Part shown: positions 59,257-64,000 of the stretch, piece after piece | Numbering within the stretch: the first letter of the stretch is position 1 | Layout: each line of letters starts with the position of its first letter | Source of the DNA: Convolutriloba macropyga | Lineage: Eukaryota | Direction of reading: 5' to 3' | NCBI RefSeq assembly: GCF_964194025.1 | Contig: NC_134481.1 | Span: 31,124,001-31,188,000 of the forward strand | DNA length: 64,000 bases | Program-made: the position numbers and the translations under genes | Notes under the pieces: model-generated | What the model was told of the DNA's origin: nothing | Seen by the model: the letters and a program-made list of their open reading frames with translations, nothing else | Database searches by the model: none

Positions 59257-61500
59257 ATGAAACAAGCAATTAAAACTGAGAAACGTACTAATTCCACTCT
59301 CAAGTCTGGAGTTCAGGACCTGATAGTAACTCACTATTATTGCTGCTCACACCATATCACAAATATGCAGTATTATAAGCTCATAAGATTGGCGAAAGTA
59401 AGATCAAACCAGCAGACTTTCAATATCTCCTTGCCCAAGTATCCATCTTCTCACAAAATCGAAAACTTCAACTACGCGCATACGCCATACATGCAAAACT
59501 CAGCGACAAAGAAAGCTTTAGTCACAAATCCCACTTAGGTGAGGCTTCCGGGTTGATTACGGTAATTGGTATGTTAACGAAATGGAAACACAATTATTCC
59601 CACAGAAATTGATGCTCGTAGGGATCTTGCACGCATTGATCTTATAAATAAGCAAAATTATCACCCACAGTAAATAAAATATGATTTAATTTTTGATTCA
59701 CATTGGCAAGCTAACGTTGAAGCCAAGCAAGGCGGCTTCCAATTGCATCGCTACCGCATTTAGCATTCCGGCGCAGAACTCTTTCATATAATCCAAGGGA
59801 TCACGATTGGATCCCAAACGCCACAGATAATCCTTTAACTAACTGCCCCGGCAAGACCCAAAACTCGAATATCATTTCATCAACACACTAGGATGGTCAC
59901 TTCAATTAACAATCATCACGCTTAATTTTTACGTAAAACTGAAAGTATCGGTAAAAGACGCATTAAATGTAATCTAGAAACAGGGTATTGTTCCCCCAAT
60001 CACGTTATTAAAACAACAGTCATTTGCGAAACATATGACCATTTTCGCGTTTTTTGATGTCAGAAGATCACATGCACGAATTATAAAATTTCATAAACGC
60101 TATTTTATTGAAACACTCACAAATAAAGAAAGTAACATTGGGAACAAAAAAATGCACACATGTACACAAGTTGTGTTCAAGACCACCTATATGATGAATC
60201 AGTACATGCTCGTTTTGAGATACTCATTAAACTTCTTTATAGAAGAGGATTGATCTTATTACGAAATTCAATGCCAATATATTTTTGTACAATATCACGA
60301 TAGCTATAATATTGCTACGGGCAAAGCCTCTCAGGAATTTAGGGATGTACACATGACAATCCCAAACAAAGCAACTTCTCTCACACCTTCCACTAAATCG
60401 GACAACCGCAATGGATATGTAATCCCACAGGAATCATAGTTTATCGCAAACCTGAAAACAATGAAGTCTTTCGAAAACAGGACTGGTTTGGAGCTGTACA
60501 TCCTAACGTACAGATAGACGCAAAGCCCGACTAAATGATTGGTTGTGTATTACTTGAGTTGGACCACACGAGTACTACAATATACAAAAAACTCTGCGAT
60601 CTTGTGGCAATTTAAAACAAACCGCCTTCATACTACTAACTCAAAAATTTCCCATTAGTAGGATATTTTATCGCACGACAGCAAAACACACTCGCTACGC
60701 TAAAAAACTCTAACGCTATCTCTGTTTTTCAATTTATAACTGTTTTCTCAGCACTTCATGTGTTAGAAAACCAATGTTTCGAACGCATCCCCATATTTTT
60801 ATCGGAACAAACTTCAATTTTTAGACCAAGTCACACTTAAATCTTTTCCTTGTTCTATTACAGCAACATGTAAAGCTAAAAAAATTGATCAGCAAACATC
60901 ACTCAATTCAGAGGGCGATGAGACATACCGCTTAACGCCTTACCCAATTAAAGCGCAAAACTCCGTTAAAGTTTTCACACCTCACGATGTTGATAACCGC
61001 TTCACCCACTCGGACTTCATTGCAAAAGAACTTGGCATTTATAGCCAAATAGATTGGACAAATTCAATAGATAAAATTAAATTTAACCCACTAATAGATG
61101 ACGTCGCTGAAAATTTGAAGTAGAACAAGCTGTTAGCTTTGCAGATCTTGCAAAACAAGTACAATTACCAGAACAATTCTAACAATTACAAAACAATACA
61201 CGATTTTTTTAAATGAACTCTTTATTAATGGAAAAGTATTTACACTTCGTCTTCTCGATTGGCTTGAATTAATCAAAGGCAACGATTTAAAAGAATCCTT
61301 CAGAGGAATCTTTGGATACCTCTGGTAGGTATTAAAAGAATTAGCCATAATATGCACTGTTTTTAAATTTTCACAGTGCTTATTTGGACAATTTCGTAGC
61401 GCATTTATAGCATATGATCTTAAACCAATTTTAGATCCTAATATCACACTAGCTAATATAATTGCTTCCGGACTTTTTGGAGTATTTTCACGAATCATCT
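59257..61500 (+). pseudogene. Env-like fusion glycoprotein pseudogene (class III, chuvirus G / herpes gB-like Cys pattern)
   Basis: LIVTHYYCCS..TNMQYYKL (about 59320), CNLETGYCSP..TTVI (59968), KKLCDL (about 60590), NQCFERIPIF (about 60770), ATCKA, and a C-terminal hydrophobic segment FRGIFGYLW.VLKELAIICTVF (about 61300). Confidence 0.65.
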
Positions 61501-62917
61501 TCTATGTGTTACAATCAGACTCTTCTGAATATAAATCACACACACCGCACTCCACACTCACAAAATGAATTGAACGTAAAACACAGAAGGTTTAACAATC
61601 TCTTTAAATATTTTCCTCTCCTGCACACAAAAACTCTAATAAACATCGAGCTTCTACTCTGCCCATATCTAATTATGAATGTTACGGCCTCCGAGTAGAA
61701 TCTCTACAAAATTTCTGATTTTCAATCACTACATTTACACGTTTTCCACTCTAGTAAACGCAAACGCTCACAAGCTATATCATTTTTTAAAGACTCTTTT
61801 GAAGATGATTCTGATTATCAGGACAACTCTGAAAAATTCATTTTAAAACTACCAAGTAGTCGTATCCGACAATCTTCTATTTTAGCAACAACACAGCTGC
61901 CAATCCCGGTCCTCAAGACTGAGTTTAACCTCTCCATCCTAACGTCAATCCCACAGCATATTATCTTATTATGCTGGACGTTGACGATATCCTGCCATCG
62001 CACTCGCACCCAGGGTGCTGTCTCCTCCATTATCAGAACCAGTGTGTGAAATGCAGACGCCGGCCCTCTTCACAAAGGCCAAGGCTCCCCCCAGAGCACC
62101 AGCATATGGACTTGGCCACTCACGGTCGGGTGAATCCACTACCTTCACCTGCGACTCCTTTCTCATCATCAGGAGAAATCCATTTTTATATCGAGAGCGG
62201 CACAAGCTCACCAATGGCACCAACAGGACCACTGAGTGCATCACAAGAACTCCTATTACAAGGGCAACAGCTGGTTCCACAGCTACCACAATCGTTGCCA
62301 GAGTCACCACAAACCTTCTAAACGGTTCAACAGCCATCACCACTGCCCCCACACAGTTCTTCTTGGTATGACGAAGTTGGCACTGAAACACAGGACGCTC
62401 AACACCCAAAACTCTGTCAGGATTGGCGGCCCTCACCCTCGTTCACGACCACTCACATACCCAGCTGTGATGCCAACACCCGTGTTAAAGCCCATGAGCA
62501 TTCACCAATCGAGGTATGGAATACCCACAGTCCCTCCACCGACCTCAGTTATATTTTCCTCAAACAAGAATCCTTCACCAAGGAGGCACCCCAGAGCTAC
62601 GACGCACAAAATCTACCCTGCATGATCATCGCCGATTCAGGATTCACAGTCGCCTGCTCGCTACACAGCCAGCCCACAAAGAGGCTCAAAGCCCTCATCC
62701 TCCAAATCAAGATTGAATCCTCTCACTCTCACACAAGGAGTGTTGCACAGAGCACCTGGCCAGAATTTTAAGTTTCATCAGTTCATGAATCCTCTGGGCA
62801 TCAACACGGATCACGATGTTTGTGTCCCAGAACGGATCAATTATGTGGCCCAACTGTCTTGTCACACATTGAAACCAACGACCAGCTCATCTTCACTAGG
62901 ACACCTCAAAAAAGAGT

Positions 62918-63595
62918 TTGTGGATGAAGGACGCGAAAAATCCCACCTGCCAGGGTACCTTCATTTCCCCATCAATCCACAATTCACGGAGAGACTCAGG
63001 CATCTCCAAATACTTCTTCGCTCTCGCCTTTCGTCAGAACGATTATCTCAATACCATGTTCAAGAGAGATATTGCCCCCTATCGTATTTACCAGAAATAC
63101 GACTCCTTCTACCTTCAGTTTTGTTTTTGGCATCCAACACAAATAGGTGTAATTAACCAAACACACAAAGTAAATCGGACCAAGATGTTGCATAATATCC
63201 ACAACTATCCCTTTGTTCAGCATCACTTGCACAGAACGAATCCCTTGATTCACATCATTTCACGCCTTCAGTACGTCAACACCATACTCACTTCGCCCTA
63301 CTACCATAATTACAACTGCATCATCAACCCCAACTACTGTAAAGGCACCATCCAAAATTTTGAACCAATCAAGAACTATTTCCTGTTTTTGCAACTCTCC
63401 GTGAAGACTCATCTCCTGATACTTGATCCTATCGAGTACCTCCGGTGTGTAGAAGGAGGAGCCACGAAGCGCATGTATGAGCACAACTTCAAACACTTCT
63501 ACAGGGACCGGATAGTGGACAAGTTGGCAAACCACGAACCATCAGCCGAAGAATCGCAAATCCTCAGTAATCTCCTGGCTAAGTTTCAGACGTAG
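62918..63595 (+). CDS. 225-aa ORF of unknown function, probably the surviving part of a longer mobile-element accessory ORF
   Basis: Long open frame with protein-like composition; the same frame continues upstream with two isolated stops; no motif recognised. Confidence 0.35.
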   Translation: MWMKDAKNPTCQGTFISPSIHNSRRDSGISKYFFALAFRQNDYLNTMFKRDIAPYRIYQKYDSFYLQFCFWHPTQIGVINQTHKVNRTKMLHNIHNYPFVQHHLHRTNPLIHIISRLQYVNTILTSPYYHNYNCIINPNYCKGTIQNFEPIKNYFLFLQLSVKTHLLILDPIEYLRCVEGGATKRMYEHNFKHFYRDRIVDKLANHEPSAEESQILSNLLAKFQT

Positions 63596-64000
63596 GCCAC
63601 AGTCCTACAATATTGGGCTCACAGACCCACAAAACTCAGACTCACTGTTCTGAAAACTCACAAACTGAAAGTTTAAGTGAATAGGTAGCTCACACAAGCT
63701 AAAAGTCAGATTGTCACTAGAAGGTAAGCTGGTAAACCCAATCGGATCAACCCCTGTACCAGATGGAGATAAAGAGAAATCTTCTTGTACAACCGACAGA
63801 GACTACAGGCTACAAGCAATCCTTCAACTGGGAACAAATCCCCATCACATGAAATCAGAGACAAATGGGTACTTTGACAGGACTGACGATACTGGCCAGT
63901 ACATCCTGTAATTGGCACCTTCACTGGTTCAACAATTGAGTGGACTGCTCACTGAAGACACACGTCAACACTCTACTGGCAGGAACTTCAGAGGACGGCA

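Larger units (their letters stand above)
51305..61700 (+). mobile_element. Large decayed Ty3/gypsy-type element with an env-like gene (retrovirus-like); 3' LTR not seen in the window
   Basis: Gag PAQQRYSSL..W.AFCKEF..IF (53329-53523); RT IVLDARQLN..WPIEPIQ..MNSAYNQMPL (about 54225-54385) and YLDD (54541); RNase H FYVLCDA.NYG.GAALLQ (about 54960); integrase SM.TK.PI..VLVDA.TH and LVTDNG (56300-56496); env-like remnant at 59.3-61.4 kb. Domain order is RT-RH-IN. Confidence 0.88.

Overview
AT-rich eukaryotic (invertebrate animal-like) genomic DNA dominated by one large spliced gene and several decayed transposons. (1) A minus-strand cadherin-repeat gene that the ORF track shows only in fragments. 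I reconstructed 13 phase-compatible coding exons from a signal-peptide exon at 50546 down to 17089 (2022 nt, 674 aa, six divergent Cys-rich EC domains). Its 3' end was not located, and intron 9 has a non-canonical GG donor. (2) An intact intronless MFS transporter (SLC18B1-like, 534 aa) at 8975-10579. (3) A decayed BEL/Pao LTR element at about 1.8-8.5 kb. (4) A Ty1/copia element at 18491-23263 with both LTRs, a GAAAT TSD, a half-tRNA-iMet PBS, a deleted integrase core and an apparent inter-LTR conversion tract. (5) A 5'-truncated CRE-type (restriction-like endonuclease) non-LTR element at about 48.2-49.5 kb. (6) A large decayed Ty3/gypsy element from about 51.3 kb with gag, RT, RNase H, integrase, extra ORF remnants and an env-like gene resembling class III (chuvirus/gB-like) fusion glycoproteins. 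Its integrase is cut by a fold-back palindrome centred on a (TA)n tract. Also present: MITE- and Helitron/Helentron-like repeats, a MITE whose interior has expanded into a palindromic satellite, and unexplained ORFs at 62-64 kb. All family assignments rest on motif recognition by eye; no searches were run.
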